A DNA stretch of 64,000 nt from an uncultured delta proteobacterium. GTDB taxonomy: Bacteria > Myxococcota > Kuafuiibacteriia > Kuafuiibacteriales > Kuafuiibacteriaceae. Where the stretch lies: NCBI GenBank assembly GCA_963803435.1, contig CAWDML010000001.1, forward strand, positions 128,001-192,000, in the 5' to 3' direction. A program made the position numbers and the translations under genes. This document shows positions 39,289-51,473 of this stretch, piece by piece. How positions within the stretch are numbered: position 1 is the first letter of the stretch; each line of letters opens with the position of its first letter. The notes under the pieces are model-generated. The model had not been told where the DNA came from and ran no database searches. It saw only the letters and a program-made list of their open reading frames with translations.

Positions 39289-40892
39289 TCGCGCGTCGCG
39301 GCGTGCAGACCGGCGTTGCGGCCGGAGAAGATCCCATCGGACACCGACAGCCCGCTGACGTAGCTCTGCGAGGACACGCCGACCGCGTTCCGGCCGGCGG
39401 CGTACAGGCCGTGGATGACGCTCCCGTCCTCGCGCTTCACCCGCTGCGTGATGCCGTCGACCACCAGGCCGCCGAGCGTGATGCAGGGCGTGGGGAACTT
39501 GATCGTGTCGATGTCGCAGCACACCGCGTAGAACGGCCCCTTCAGGATCGGGTGCAGGCTGTCTTGCGATTTGCCCATCGGATCCCGGCCATCGGCGATC
39601 GCTCGGTTGTAGCCGTCGATGGTCGACTGGAGGCGATCCGCCGGGATGCGGCACTTCTCCGCCAGCGCCGCCAGGTCGTCGGCCTTCTGGTAGTTCAGGT
39701 AGTTGTTGAGCGCGCCGAACACCAGCTGGAAGCCGCCCATGGTCTCGGTGCGGAGCTGCTTGCGCGCCATCTCCATCGACTCCGCGTCCAGCACCAGCAC
39801 GCCGCGGCCGCCGTGCTGCTCGGCCAGGTACTCGCCGATCTTCGAGCCGTACAGCTCCTCGTTGCAGATGCGGCTTCCGTCGGGCCCGATCAGCACACCG
39901 CGGGTCCAGGCGGTCGGGGGGTTGATGAACCGCCAGGCGCAGCACCGCTCCATCCGGTCGATCGCGCCGCCGGCCGCACGGCCCATCATGATCCCGTGTC
40001 CGTCGTCGCCGGCGGTGCCGAGGCGCATGCTGCAGGCCGCGTAGTCGGGGGCGTACTGCTTCATCAGCTCCGGGTTGAAGACGAACCCGCCCGCCGATAG
40101 CACCACGCCGCCCTTCGCGCGCACGAAGCGTCGGACGCGGCGGGTCTCCAGGCGGTCGAGCTGCTTCTGGAAGAGCTCGGTGGCACGGCGGCTGAAGCCG
40201 CCGCCGTAGTTGACCAGGAGCTGACCGGCTTGCTGCACGGGTCGCAGCGCAGGCGCGAGCTCGTCGAGGACCGCGCCCACCACGTCGCCGGCGTCGTTCA
40301 CGATCAAGCGCTCGACGCGGGTCGACCGCCGCAGCTCGGCGCCGGCCGCCAGAGCGCCGCGCTGGAGCCCAGCGAAGATCAGGTGACCGGTCAGCCCCTT
40401 GCCGAACGCGCGGTGCCCGCGAGGCGCGGGCTTTGCCCTCTCCGAGTACGGCGGGCAGAGCTCGTTGCCCGAGAAGTAGAGCGTGCAATCGTCGGGAGGA
40501 TAGGAGGTCTTGAGCGCCTCTCCGCTGGAGGGAAAGGGGACGCCGAGGCGGCAGAGCCACTCGAAGTTCTCGACGCTCCGCTCACAGTACGCGCGGAGGG
40601 TCGCCTCGCTGACCGCGTCGGTGGTCTCGAGCGAGAGATAGCGGAACATCTCCTCCGGGCTGTCGTCCCAGCCCGAGTCGCGCTGGAGCCGGGTACCGCC
40701 GCCGAAGTACACGATCCCGGCCGAGAGCCGGGTCGCGCCGCCACCCTGGAAGCGATCCGCCACCAACACCCGCGCGCCGCGCGCGCGCGCCTCGATCGCA
40801 GCGCTGGCCCCGGCGGCCCCGAAGCCGACCACCAAGACGTCCGTCTCTTCGTCCCACGCCTGCTCGCGGAGCGGCGACACATCGGTCCACAC
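39243..40892 (-). CDS. FAD-dependent 3-ketosteroid dehydrogenase, TesI/delta4(5alpha) type
   Basis: DVLVVGFGAAG, GGGATRLSAG, KTSYP...YFSGNE...PAPRGHR, TLGGL, GLYAAG, YVSGLS. Confidence 0.75.
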   Translation of the reverse strand: MWTDVSPLREQAWDEETDVLVVGFGAAGASAAIEARARGARVLVADRFQGGGATRLSAGIVYFGGGTRLQRDSGWDDSPEEMFRYLSLETTDAVSEATLRAYCERSVENFEWLCRLGVPFPSSGEALKTSYPPDDCTLYFSGNELCPPYSERAKPAPRGHRAFGKGLTGHLIFAGLQRGALAAGAELRRSTRVERLIVNDAGDVVGAVLDELAPALRPVQQAGQLLVNYGGGFSRRATELFQKQLDRLETRRVRRFVRAKGGVVLSAGGFVFNPELMKQYAPDYAACSMRLGTAGDDGHGIMMGRAAGGAIDRMERCCAWRFINPPTAWTRGVLIGPDGSRICNEELYGSKIGEYLAEQHGGRGVLVLDAESMEMARKQLRTETMGGFQLVFGALNNYLNYQKADDLAALAEKCRIPADRLQSTIDGYNRAIADGRDPMGKSQDSLHPILKGPFYAVCCDIDTIKFPTPCITLGGLVVDGITQRVKREDGSVIHGLYAAGRNAVGVSSQSYVSGLSVSDGIFSGRNAGLHAATRDQILPRTSSRVTARA

Positions 40893-40909
40893 GGCGCTGG
40901 AGCCTACTG

Positions 40910-41728
40910 ATGGCGTTCGCTATGCTCAACGCCCTTCTCGTGCGCTGGTATACGTCCGACCCGGTCTTCGACACCGTCCTCGCCGTCGCGCTCGCGATCC
41001 CCCCGCTGGCGCTCATCGCGCTCCAGTTCATGAAGGCGCCCTACGGCCGCTTCGGTGAAGGATCGCGGGGCGTCAACGCCCGCCTGGGCTGGTTTCTCAT
41101 GGAGCTGCCGGCGACGGTGGTGTTCTGGATCTTCTATCTGACGGGCCCGCGGCGCGCCGAGCCGGTCCCGATGATGCTGGCCGCCATCTGGATGATCCAC
41201 TACACGAACCGCGGGTTCGTCTTCCCCTTCCTGATCCGGACGCCGAAGGAAAAGGGCGCGAACTTCGGCCTGCTCGTCCTGCTGAGCGGCATGTTCGTCA
41301 CCTCGATCCACGGGTACCTGAACGGGCGCTTCTTCTCGACGCTCGGCGCTCACTTCGATCGCGCCTGGCTCTCGGATCCGCGCTTCCTCCTCGGCGTTGC
41401 GATCTACTTCGGCGGCCTCGCGCTCAACATCCACTCGGACGCCATCCTGCGGAACCTCCGCTCGCCGCAGGAGATCGAACGCGGCGACAAGATCTATCGC
41501 GTCCCCATGGGCGGCGGCTTCAAGCTGGTCACCAACCCGGCGTACCTGGGCGAGCTGATCATGTGGCTCGGCTTCACGCTGTTCACCTGGTCGCTGCCGG
41601 GCGTCTTCATCTTCACCATCACCGCCGCCAACCTGATCCCGCGGGCGCTGGCGAATCACCGCTGGTATCTCTCACGCTTCGGCGATTACCCGGCGGAGCG
41701 CAAGGCGCTGATCCCGTATCTGCTGTGA
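40910..41728 (+). CDS. Steroid 5-alpha-reductase (SRD5A family)
   Basis: APYGRF, GWFLMELP, HYTNR, NIHSDAIL, YLGELIMW, NLIPRALANHRWY, RKALIP. Confidence 0.9.
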   Translation: MAFAMLNALLVRWYTSDPVFDTVLAVALAIPPLALIALQFMKAPYGRFGEGSRGVNARLGWFLMELPATVVFWIFYLTGPRRAEPVPMMLAAIWMIHYTNRGFVFPFLIRTPKEKGANFGLLVLLSGMFVTSIHGYLNGRFFSTLGAHFDRAWLSDPRFLLGVAIYFGGLALNIHSDAILRNLRSPQEIERGDKIYRVPMGGGFKLVTNPAYLGELIMWLGFTLFTWSLPGVFIFTITAANLIPRALANHRWYLSRFGDYPAERKALIPYLL

Positions 41729-42445
41729 AGGCCCCACCGGCCCGCGCCGCGCCTGCGCCGCGAGGTGCGACGTCACCAGGCGGCGATCGCCGACGTGGAG
41801 CGCGCTGAGCGCGACGCACAGCTCGCGCGCCGTTGGTCGATCCGAACGCACGGCACTGCGCGCCGACGCCGCCACGCCGACGAGCCATCGTCCCAGCGGA
41901 TCCTCCGGGGTCCGACCGACCAACGCCCGCATGATCTCGCCGAGGGCCGCCACGTCGGCAGCCATCAGGTCGGGGCTGTGCTCGAGCTCGACACCGAAGC
42001 CGCCGAGCTCGATCGCGCCCCGCCCGTCGACGGTCACCTGGGCCGCGCTGAGCGCGCCGTGCCCGATCCCCCGACGGTGCGCGAAGGCGAGCGCCCCTGC
42101 GACGCGCGCGCCCACCTCCCGCGCGACCCGCGAGCGGAGGCTCGGGGCCACCAGCACGCGGTCGATGCGAAGGCCGCCCGCGTCGAAGCACATGTAGGGC
42201 AGCGCGCCGATCCGACCCGTGGTGCGGAGCCGGGCGATCGCAGGGTGTCGCAGCGAGTCGAGGCGCTCGGCGGTCCGGGCGAAGTCCTCGCAGACCGAGC
42301 GATTGCGGGTTCCCGAGGGCTGGAGCACCTCCAGGACCACCCGATGACCGGTGGCCCGCACCTCGGCGAGGAACCGATGGGTGTAGGCGCGGGCCCCTAC
42401 GCACCGCAACAACCGAAAGGGTGACCTGCTGTCGTCGATCCGCAT
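41672..42445 (-). CDS. Degenerate Ser/Thr kinase-like protein (pseudokinase)
   Basis: LRHPAIARL, ALAFAHRRGIGHGALSAAQV (HRD replaced by HGA), LGGFG (DFG replaced by GFG). Confidence 0.6.
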   Translation of the reverse strand: MRIDDSRSPFRLLRCVGARAYTHRFLAEVRATGHRVVLEVLQPSGTRNRSVCEDFARTAERLDSLRHPAIARLRTTGRIGALPYMCFDAGGLRIDRVLVAPSLRSRVAREVGARVAGALAFAHRRGIGHGALSAAQVTVDGRGAIELGGFGVELEHSPDLMAADVAALGEIMRALVGRTPEDPLGRWLVGVAASARSAVRSDRPTARELCVALSALHVGDRRLVTSHLAAQARRGPVGPSQQIRDQRLALRRVIAEA

Positions 42446-42502
42446 GCCGAGACGATAGGCGTCGGCTTGCTTGTCCACTAGGCCGTACAGATGGAATGAC
42501 TG

Positions 42503-42516
42503 TCCATATGTATGGA
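42503..42516. promoter_or_regulatory. Palindrome TCCATA-TG-TATGGA, probable LysR site
   Basis: Perfect 6-bp dyad in the AT-rich divergent promoter just before the LysR gene. Confidence 0.5.
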
Positions 42517-42526
42517 TAATAGGTGA

Positions 42527-43444
42527 ATGGCCACCGCCGACCTGAATCAGATGCTCGTCTTCGCCCGCGTCGTCTCGGAGGGGAGCTTCACGGCCGCCGC
42601 CCGCGTGCTCGCCCAGCCGAAGTCGACGGTCTCGAAGCGGGTGGCGCAGCTCGAGGCCCGGCTGGGCGTCCGCCTGCTGCAGCGATCGACCCGGAAGGTG
42701 AAGCCGACGGCCGACGGCGCGACGTACTACGAGCTGTGCCGCCGCATCACGGCGGACATCGAGGAGGCCGATCGCGCGATGATCGATCGGGTCTCGGCGC
42801 CCCACGGTCTGGTCAGGATGGCGGCGCCCATGGTGCTCGGATCGATGCTCGGATCGGTCACCGCCGAGTTCGTGAAGCAGTACCCCGGCGTGTCCCTCGA
42901 GGTCTCGCTCTCCGATCGCGTGGTCGATCTCATCGACGAGCGCTTCGACGTCGCGGTCCGCGTCGGCCCGCTCCGGGACAGCTCGCTGGTCGTGCGGCGC
43001 CTGGTACCCACGGACAACCTCCTCTGCGCCAGCCCCGAGTACCTGGCGCAGCAGCAACCGCCGCGACATCCCGAGGACCTGGTGAAGCACCAGTGCGTCC
43101 TCTTCCGTCCTGCGCCCGGGAAGGTCGCCTGGACGTTCGTGAAGCGCGGCCGAAAAATCACGGTTCCGGTCGCCGGTCGCTACGCCGCGTCCGCGCTCCC
43201 GCCGGTGCGCGACGCCGCGCTGGCAGGCCTCGGGATCGCAGCGGTCCCGAGAGTGATGGTCGAGCCGGACCTCGCCGCCGGCCACCTGGTCCCCGTGCTC
43301 ACGGCGTGGCCCCTCATGCAGGCGGAGATCCACCTCCTCTTCCCGAGCGGGCTCCAGAAGAGCCCGCGCGTGCGTGCGCTCGTCGACCTCATCGTCGCGG
43401 CCTTCGAGGCGTATCGGAAAACGCGGCCGTCGACGGCCACGTGA
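42527..43444 (+). CDS. LysR-family regulator (CrgA-like)
   Basis: GSFTAAA...STVSKRVAQLEARLGVRLLQRSTR; VDLIDERFDVAVR. Confidence 0.93.
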   Translation: MATADLNQMLVFARVVSEGSFTAAARVLAQPKSTVSKRVAQLEARLGVRLLQRSTRKVKPTADGATYYELCRRITADIEEADRAMIDRVSAPHGLVRMAAPMVLGSMLGSVTAEFVKQYPGVSLEVSLSDRVVDLIDERFDVAVRVGPLRDSSLVVRRLVPTDNLLCASPEYLAQQQPPRHPEDLVKHQCVLFRPAPGKVAWTFVKRGRKITVPVAGRYAASALPPVRDAALAGLGIAAVPRVMVEPDLAAGHLVPVLTAWPLMQAEIHLLFPSGLQKSPRVRALVDLIVAAFEAYRKTRPSTAT

Positions 43445-43531
43445 GTCGCCTGCGGCCTCCCTGGGCCCTGGACGGCGATCACACCGCGTTCGGTTGGCAG
43501 CCCGCGCGCCGGCGGCCGGTCCATTCCTCCG

Positions 43532-45469
43532 ATGAAGCGCCTCCTCGCCCTGCTCGCCTCGGTCGGCTTCGCCTGCTCCGGTGCGGATCCGCTGGTGCCG
43601 GTCCCACCGGGCGCGGCGGACGCGGGCGTCCCGACCGATGCGGGGGCGCCGCCGCCCGCCATGTTCACGATCGCCGCGCCGCATGACGGCGAGCTCCTCC
43701 TGGAGCCGCAGGTCGAGGTGCGCGGAACGGCCACAGGTCTCACCCGCATCACGATCGCCGGGGTCGAGACCGCGGTGGTGGACGGCGCGTTCTCGTCGCT
43801 CGTCCTCCTCGACGGCGAGGGCCACCACGAGATCGAGGTCTCGGCGACCGGGGCGGCGGTGCGGATCCCGGTCGACGTCGATCTCTCGCCGCCGCTCCTC
43901 GAGATCCTGTCGCCGTCCCGGGGGGCGTTCTTCGACGCGCGCGAAGGCGCCACGATCCACGTGGAGGGCCGGGCGGTCGATGCGGTCTCCGGCATCTACG
44001 CCGTCACCGTCGGCGGGACGCCGGTCGAGCTCTCGGGAGATCGCTTCGCGATCGATCTGGTGGCGGAGCACGGCGTGAACCTGATCGAGGCGGTGGCCTA
44101 CGACGGCGCAGGTCGCCGATCCGACGTGCTGCAAGGCGCGATCTGGGGGGACTACGCGCCGTGGGACGGGCTCCTCCCGGACGCGGTCTCGCTCGGTGTT
44201 CGAGCCGACGTCTTCGACACGTTCGAGCAAGCCCTCGAGGACGGCATCACCACCCAGCTCTCGAGCGGGGCGATGTCCGCGCCGCCGGCGAACGGCTTCA
44301 CGGTGGACGCGATCGCGTTCACGAACCTCGACGTCCAGATCGTCCCGGAGACCGGCGACCTCGCCCTCGCCGTGACGATCGAAGGGCTCGCGATCGACTT
44401 CACGCTCGATACGGTCGTGCTCGGCTTTCCCGTCCAGACCACCGGCGTGATCACCGCCGACCGCGTGGACCTGGCCACCGAGGCGCACGTCGACACGAAC
44501 CCCGCGGGCGGGGTCGCGGTCCACCTCGAGGGCTCGAGCGCTGCGATCAGCGGCTTCAACGTCACGGCCGTCGGCGTCGCTCCGTTCCTCACCGGGGTGC
44601 TCGCCGGGACCCTTCAGCCGCAGCTCGAGATGGGCTTCGTGCAGGCGCTCGACGGTCAGGACGTCTCCTCGATCCTCGATCTCTCTCAGCTCCTGCCCGA
44701 GGGCGTGGCCGCCCAGATCACGCGCGTCGACATCGATCCGAGTGGCATGGGAATCCTCGCAGACGCCGCGGTGCAGCTCCCGCCGGCGCCCGACTCACCG
44801 CCCGCGCCCGGGATCCTGGTCAGCGGCGGTGCGGCGCCCAGCGGCGCCCCCACCAGCCGGATGCTTCGCACCAGCCTCTCGGAGGACCTCGTCAACGGCA
44901 TCCTGTTCTCCTCCTGGCGGGCGGGGACGCTCACCACCTCGATCGCACCGGCGCAGGTCCCCGGGGAGATCGCGCTCGACGCCGCGACGCTCGCCCTCTT
45001 CTTCGGCGACGAGCTCTTCGACTACGCGCCCGAAACCAGCTCCGTCGCGATCTCTCTGCGACCGCTTCTCCCGCCGGTGGCCAGGCTGGTCGGCGCCGCC
45101 CACCCCACGCTCGAGGTGACGGCCGCCGACGTGATGCTCGACTTCGTGCTGGAGCCGGAGGGTCAGGCGCCGATCCGGTTCGCCACTTTTGCGCTGGTGC
45201 TCGACGCCAGCACCGAGCTCCTGATCGATCAGGGCGGGCCGGCCACTCGGACCCGGGTGGACGTCCGCATCGATCTGGTCGACGCCCCGCTCTTCCCCAT
45301 CGAGGAGGAGCCGCTCGAGGACCTGATCACGAACCTGGTGGTCACCGCCCAACTCGCCGCTGCTCTTGGAGGTCATGCGCTCCCCCTCGACACCGGCGCC
45401 CTGACGAATGTAGTGTTTGCGATCGACGGACCGACCTCCACCTACCTGTCGATCCTTGGCGATCTCTAG
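43532..45469 (+). CDS. Lipoprotein with Ig-like domains and a possible BPI/LBP-like lipid-binding region
   Basis: Lipobox GFAC; two Ig-like segments; SLSEDLVNGILFSSWRAGTL resembles the BPI C-domain. Confidence 0.5.
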   Translation: MKRLLALLASVGFACSGADPLVPVPPGAADAGVPTDAGAPPPAMFTIAAPHDGELLLEPQVEVRGTATGLTRITIAGVETAVVDGAFSSLVLLDGEGHHEIEVSATGAAVRIPVDVDLSPPLLEILSPSRGAFFDAREGATIHVEGRAVDAVSGIYAVTVGGTPVELSGDRFAIDLVAEHGVNLIEAVAYDGAGRRSDVLQGAIWGDYAPWDGLLPDAVSLGVRADVFDTFEQALEDGITTQLSSGAMSAPPANGFTVDAIAFTNLDVQIVPETGDLALAVTIEGLAIDFTLDTVVLGFPVQTTGVITADRVDLATEAHVDTNPAGGVAVHLEGSSAAISGFNVTAVGVAPFLTGVLAGTLQPQLEMGFVQALDGQDVSSILDLSQLLPEGVAAQITRVDIDPSGMGILADAAVQLPPAPDSPPAPGILVSGGAAPSGAPTSRMLRTSLSEDLVNGILFSSWRAGTLTTSIAPAQVPGEIALDAATLALFFGDELFDYAPETSSVAISLRPLLPPVARLVGAAHPTLEVTAADVMLDFVLEPEGQAPIRFATFALVLDASTELLIDQGGPATRTRVDVRIDLVDAPLFPIEEEPLEDLITNLVVTAQLAAALGGHALPLDTGALTNVVFAIDGPTSTYLSILGDL

Positions 45470-45514
45470 CGCCCACCCTCAAATCGTTGGGAAATGGGCC
45501 GATCGTGGACGGCG

Positions 45515-47590
<2,076 letters not shown>

Positions 47591-47840
47591 TTCCGTGCTG
47601 GGCAGCCCCGCGTCCACAGCTCGCAGCTCGCAGCCGTCCGTTTCGGATCGAACGCCCACGCGGAGTGCTCAACGCTCCTGCTCGACCTTCGTGCGGAATC
47701 TGCTGGAGAGCGTGCGAAATGGACGCTCGGCCTGCGGCCTGATCTTGGTGTCGGCTCGCACCTGAAGACTGCGAGCTCCAGCGTTCGCCCGAAGCACCAA
47801 AAGTCGTCCATCTTGTCTCGCTTCTCTTGAAGCAAGTCTC

Positions 47841-48185
47841 CTAGAAGCCGCGGAGCCACCACCACGCGGAGAGCGCGCCCGCCAGCGCGGCCAGCACCAG
47901 CACGACCTTGAGCCGCACGCCGCTCGAGCGCGGCTCCACGTGCGCGAGCAGCGACTCGGGATCAGGATCGCTCGCGAGGATCTCCATGACCGGCTCGGTC
48001 GGATCGGTGCGCGGCGGCCGCATCGCCACCGTCCGCGGGCCCACCGGCGGCGGCCGGGTCTTGGGGAGCAGGCCGGCGAGCTGGGCCTGGTCCATCTCCA
48101 CCGTCCTGAGCGCGTCGGTCTCGAGCGCTGCGCGCGAGGTCCCCGGGTAGGTATCGAACATCTCCTCGGCTGCGCTCTCGACCAT
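47841..48185 (-). CDS. Small hypothetical protein with a C-terminal membrane anchor
   Basis: Pro-rich, terminal hydrophobic helix VVLVLAALAGALSAWWW; start uncertain. Confidence 0.5.
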   Translation of the reverse strand: MVESAAEEMFDTYPGTSRAALETDALRTVEMDQAQLAGLLPKTRPPPVGPRTVAMRPPRTDPTEPVMEILASDPDPESLLAHVEPRSSGVRLKVVLVLAALAGALSAWWWLRGF

Positions 48186-48322
48186 GTCGAGGATCGATCC
48201 CGTCGGGGCCGAGATCGGGGTCAGGTTCAGGTCGGAGCTCAACGGGGTTCGCGCCACAGCCTTCGATGATGGCACGGCCAGGGCAGCGCCGGGCACCGGC
48301 TCAAGTGGGAGCGCGCCGCAGA

Positions 48323-49914
48323 TCAGGCGCTGCGGCGGGCGTCGGCGAGGCGCTGGCCGAGGACCAGGCGCGCGGCCCGCAGGCCGATCAGCATGCTGGG
48401 CGCGTTGAGCGCGGAGACCGGCGCCGTGGGGATGATGGAGGCGTCGCTCACCCGCAGGTTCTGGACGCCGCGGACGCGCAGCTCGGGGTCGACCACCGAC
48501 GCGGGATCGGCCCCCATCCGACAGGTGCCGGCGTAGTGGTAGGTGGTCATCAGGTTGCCGCGGATGAACCGCTCCAGGCCCGCGGGGCTCCGGTGCGTCG
48601 GATCCGGGTGGAGCTCCCGGTTGCCCCAGAGCGACAGCGCCGGCGTCGACGCGATGCGCCGGGCCCGCCGCACGCCCGCCAGCAGGGTCTCGAGGTCCTG
48701 CGGATCCGAGAGGTAGCCGGGATCGATCAGCGCCACCTCGCGCACGTCCCTCGAGGCCAGCCGGACGGTGCCGCGGCTCTTCGGCTTCCCCAGGATCACC
48801 ACGATCCCGTAGACGCGCTCGACGAACGACGCCATCGCCTTGGTACCGAACAGCGCCCGGATGGCGCGCCTGGCTCCGCGCGCCACCGCCGGGCGCTGGT
48901 AGAGCGACATGGGCAGCGCGATGGGGGGAGCATGCGCACCATCGCCTCCTTGAGCGAGGAGCGCGCGGTGTAGAAGACGTAGCAGGTGTCGGCGAGGCCG
49001 TCGCCCTCGCTGTCGAAGCCGTACAGCTGAGGATAGGCGCAGTCGATGTCGCGCTTGCCTTGATAGAAGAGCGTGACGTTCGGGTGATCGTGGAAGTTCT
49101 CGCCGACGTTGGGCGCGTCGAGGGCGATCTCGATCCCATGGCGGCGCAGCTCGGCGCCGGGGCCGATGCCGGAGAGCATCAGCAGCTTGGGCGTCTCCAG
49201 CGCGCCGGCGCAGAGGATGACCTCGCGGTTGGCCCGCACCACCTCGCGCCGGCCGTCCTGCTCGATCTCGACGCCGCGGGCGGTGCGCCCCTCCATCACC
49301 ACGCGGTGGACGATCGCGCCCGCGCGCAGGTGCAGGTTGCCTTGCGCCGCCAGCGGCCGGAGGAACGCCACGTACGAGCTCCGCCGCTGGTTGCCGTGGA
49401 AGTTCATCCACTCGTAGCCGAGGTAGCCCTTGAGGTGGCCGTCGTTGAAGTCGTCCTTCTTCTTGAAGCCCGCCTCCTCGGCGGCGTAGATGCACTGGCG
49501 CGTGAACTCGGTCTCCTCGCGGCGGTGCACCACCAGGCTCCGCTCCAGCTTCTCGAACTCCTCGACCACGTCCTTCCAGCGCCAGCCCTCGAGGCCCCAG
49601 CCGTCGAAGTCGTCGCGCGCGCCGCGGGTGTAGACCATGCCGTTGACCGAGCCGCTGCCGCCCACGCCCCGGCCCGAGCCCATGTAGAGACGCCGGTCGC
49701 CGCAGCCGGGCTGGGGGACGCTGAAGCGCTCCCACATCAGCTCGTCGTTCATGAACGCGGTCTTGTAGCCGTTGGCCAGGAGCGTCTCCGGGTTCTTCTC
49801 GGCGGGCGCGCCGCACTCGAGCACCAGCACCGAGACCGACGGATCCTTGGCCAGCTCGCCGGCCAGCACGCAGCCGGCCGAGCCGGCCCCGACCACGATG
49901 TAGTCGAAGCTCAC
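48323..49914 (-). CDS. GMC oxidoreductase; frameshift in the G6 run at 48923-48928
   Basis: FDYIVVGAGSAG, GGSGSVNGMVY, LMLSGIG, GENFHDH; after the shift PKSRG, YHYAGTCRMG, LRVSDAS, LNAP. Confidence 0.88.
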
Positions 49915-51473
49915 GAGCGCCTCCTCCAGAGCGTCTTCACCGCGTCGCGGGCGCCGCGGGCCCGCTCGCGCCAGCCGCCGTAGATCATCTTGATCGCCGA
50001 GCGCGTCAGCTCGTAGTCGCCCTCGGCCACCGGGAACACCTTCTTGGGGGCGTAGAGGGGGAGCCGGTCCTCGAGGTACGCCTTCTGGTTGGTGCAGGCG
50101 CGCAGGCCGTCGCGCCCGTTGAGCCGACCGAAGCCGGAGCCGCGCGTGCCGCCGAACGGGAGGTCCTGCGCGATGTAGCCCAGGCCGAAGTCGTTGACGC
50201 AGGTGGAGCCGGCCACCAGCTGCCGCGCGATGCGGGCCGCGCGCACCGGATCCTTGGTGAAGACCGAGGACGAGAGGCCGTACTCGCTGTCGTTGGCCAG
50301 GCGGATCGCCTCCTCCTCGCTGAACACCCGACAGATCGCCATCACCGGACCGAAGGTCTCCTCCTTCATCACCGCCATCGAGTGATCGACGCCGGTGAGG
50401 ACGGTGGGCTCGAAGTACTGGCCGAAGCCGCCCCGCTTGCCCCCGAGCCGCACGGTGGCGCCCTTCGAGACCGCGTCCTTCACCAGCCGCTCCACGATGT
50501 CGAGCTGTCCCGGCATGGTCATGGAGCCCATGTCGACGCCCGGCCGCAGGTCGCGCGCCACGCCCAGCACCTCCTCGACGAAGGCGTCGTGCACGGCGTC
50601 GAAGACGTAGATGCGCTCGGTGGCCAGGCACATCTGGCCGGCGGTGAGGAAGCAGCCGGTGAGCGCGGTGTGCGCGGCCTGGGGGACCGAGGCGTCGTCG
50701 CAGACGATCATCGGGTCCTTACCGCCCAGCTCCAGGATCACCGGCACCATGGCGGCCGCGCTGCCCTCGATGACGCGGCGGCCGTTCTTGATCGAGCCGG
50801 TGAACACCACCAGATCGACGCCGCCCGAGACCAGGGCCGCGCCGGTCTCGCCGTAGCCGGTGAGGATCTGGACCAGGTCGGGCGAGTGCCCGCGGGCGTT
50901 GAGCACCTCGTCGAACATCCGCTGCACGCGGGCCGCCGACCACGAGCTCCACTCCGAGACCTTGATGGCGGCGGCGTTGCCGGCGAACAGCGCCGGGATG
51001 GTGGGCCCGAGGATGTTCTGGAACGGGAAGTTCCAGGGCGTGATCACGCCGACCACGCCCAGCGGGTGGAACTCGATGGTGGCGCGCTTGTGCACCAGGA
51101 GCCCGGAGGAGACCCGCTCCGGGCGGAGGTGCTTCTCCCCGTGCTCCAGGGTCCAGCGCAGCTTCTCGGCCACCGGCCAGATCTCGCCGACCATGGCGTT
51201 CTCTTTGGTCTTGCCCGAGTCCTTCGCCACCAGCGCGGCGATCTCGTCGGCGTGGGCCAGCGTCTGATCGAGGAGGTCGCGAAGCACGCGGCGGCGCTCG
51301 GCGAACGAGGTCTTCGCCCAGGCCGCCTGCGCCCCCTTGGCCCGGCGGATCCGCTCCACCACCTCGGCCTTCGACATCGCCGGGACCTCGCCCAACCGCT
51401 CGCCGGTCGCCGGATCCCGGCACTCGATCCGCGTCGGGTGCGCGGGCGGGGTCATCGAGATCTGAGCCGTCAT
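49911..51473 (-). CDS. Aldehyde dehydrogenase (ALDH15/22- or diapolycopene-dialdehyde-like)
   Basis: PWNFP, KVSE, FTGS, LELGGKD, GQMC, EETFGP. Confidence 0.9.
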   Translation of the reverse strand: MTAQISMTPPAHPTRIECRDPATGERLGEVPAMSKAEVVERIRRAKGAQAAWAKTSFAERRRVLRDLLDQTLAHADEIAALVAKDSGKTKENAMVGEIWPVAEKLRWTLEHGEKHLRPERVSSGLLVHKRATIEFHPLGVVGVITPWNFPFQNILGPTIPALFAGNAAAIKVSEWSSWSAARVQRMFDEVLNARGHSPDLVQILTGYGETGAALVSGGVDLVVFTGSIKNGRRVIEGSAAAMVPVILELGGKDPMIVCDDASVPQAAHTALTGCFLTAGQMCLATERIYVFDAVHDAFVEEVLGVARDLRPGVDMGSMTMPGQLDIVERLVKDAVSKGATVRLGGKRGGFGQYFEPTVLTGVDHSMAVMKEETFGPVMAICRVFSEEEAIRLANDSEYGLSSSVFTKDPVRAARIARQLVAGSTCVNDFGLGYIAQDLPFGGTRGSGFGRLNGRDGLRACTNQKAYLEDRLPLYAPKKVFPVAEGDYELTRSAIKMIYGGWRERARGARDAVKTLWRRRS

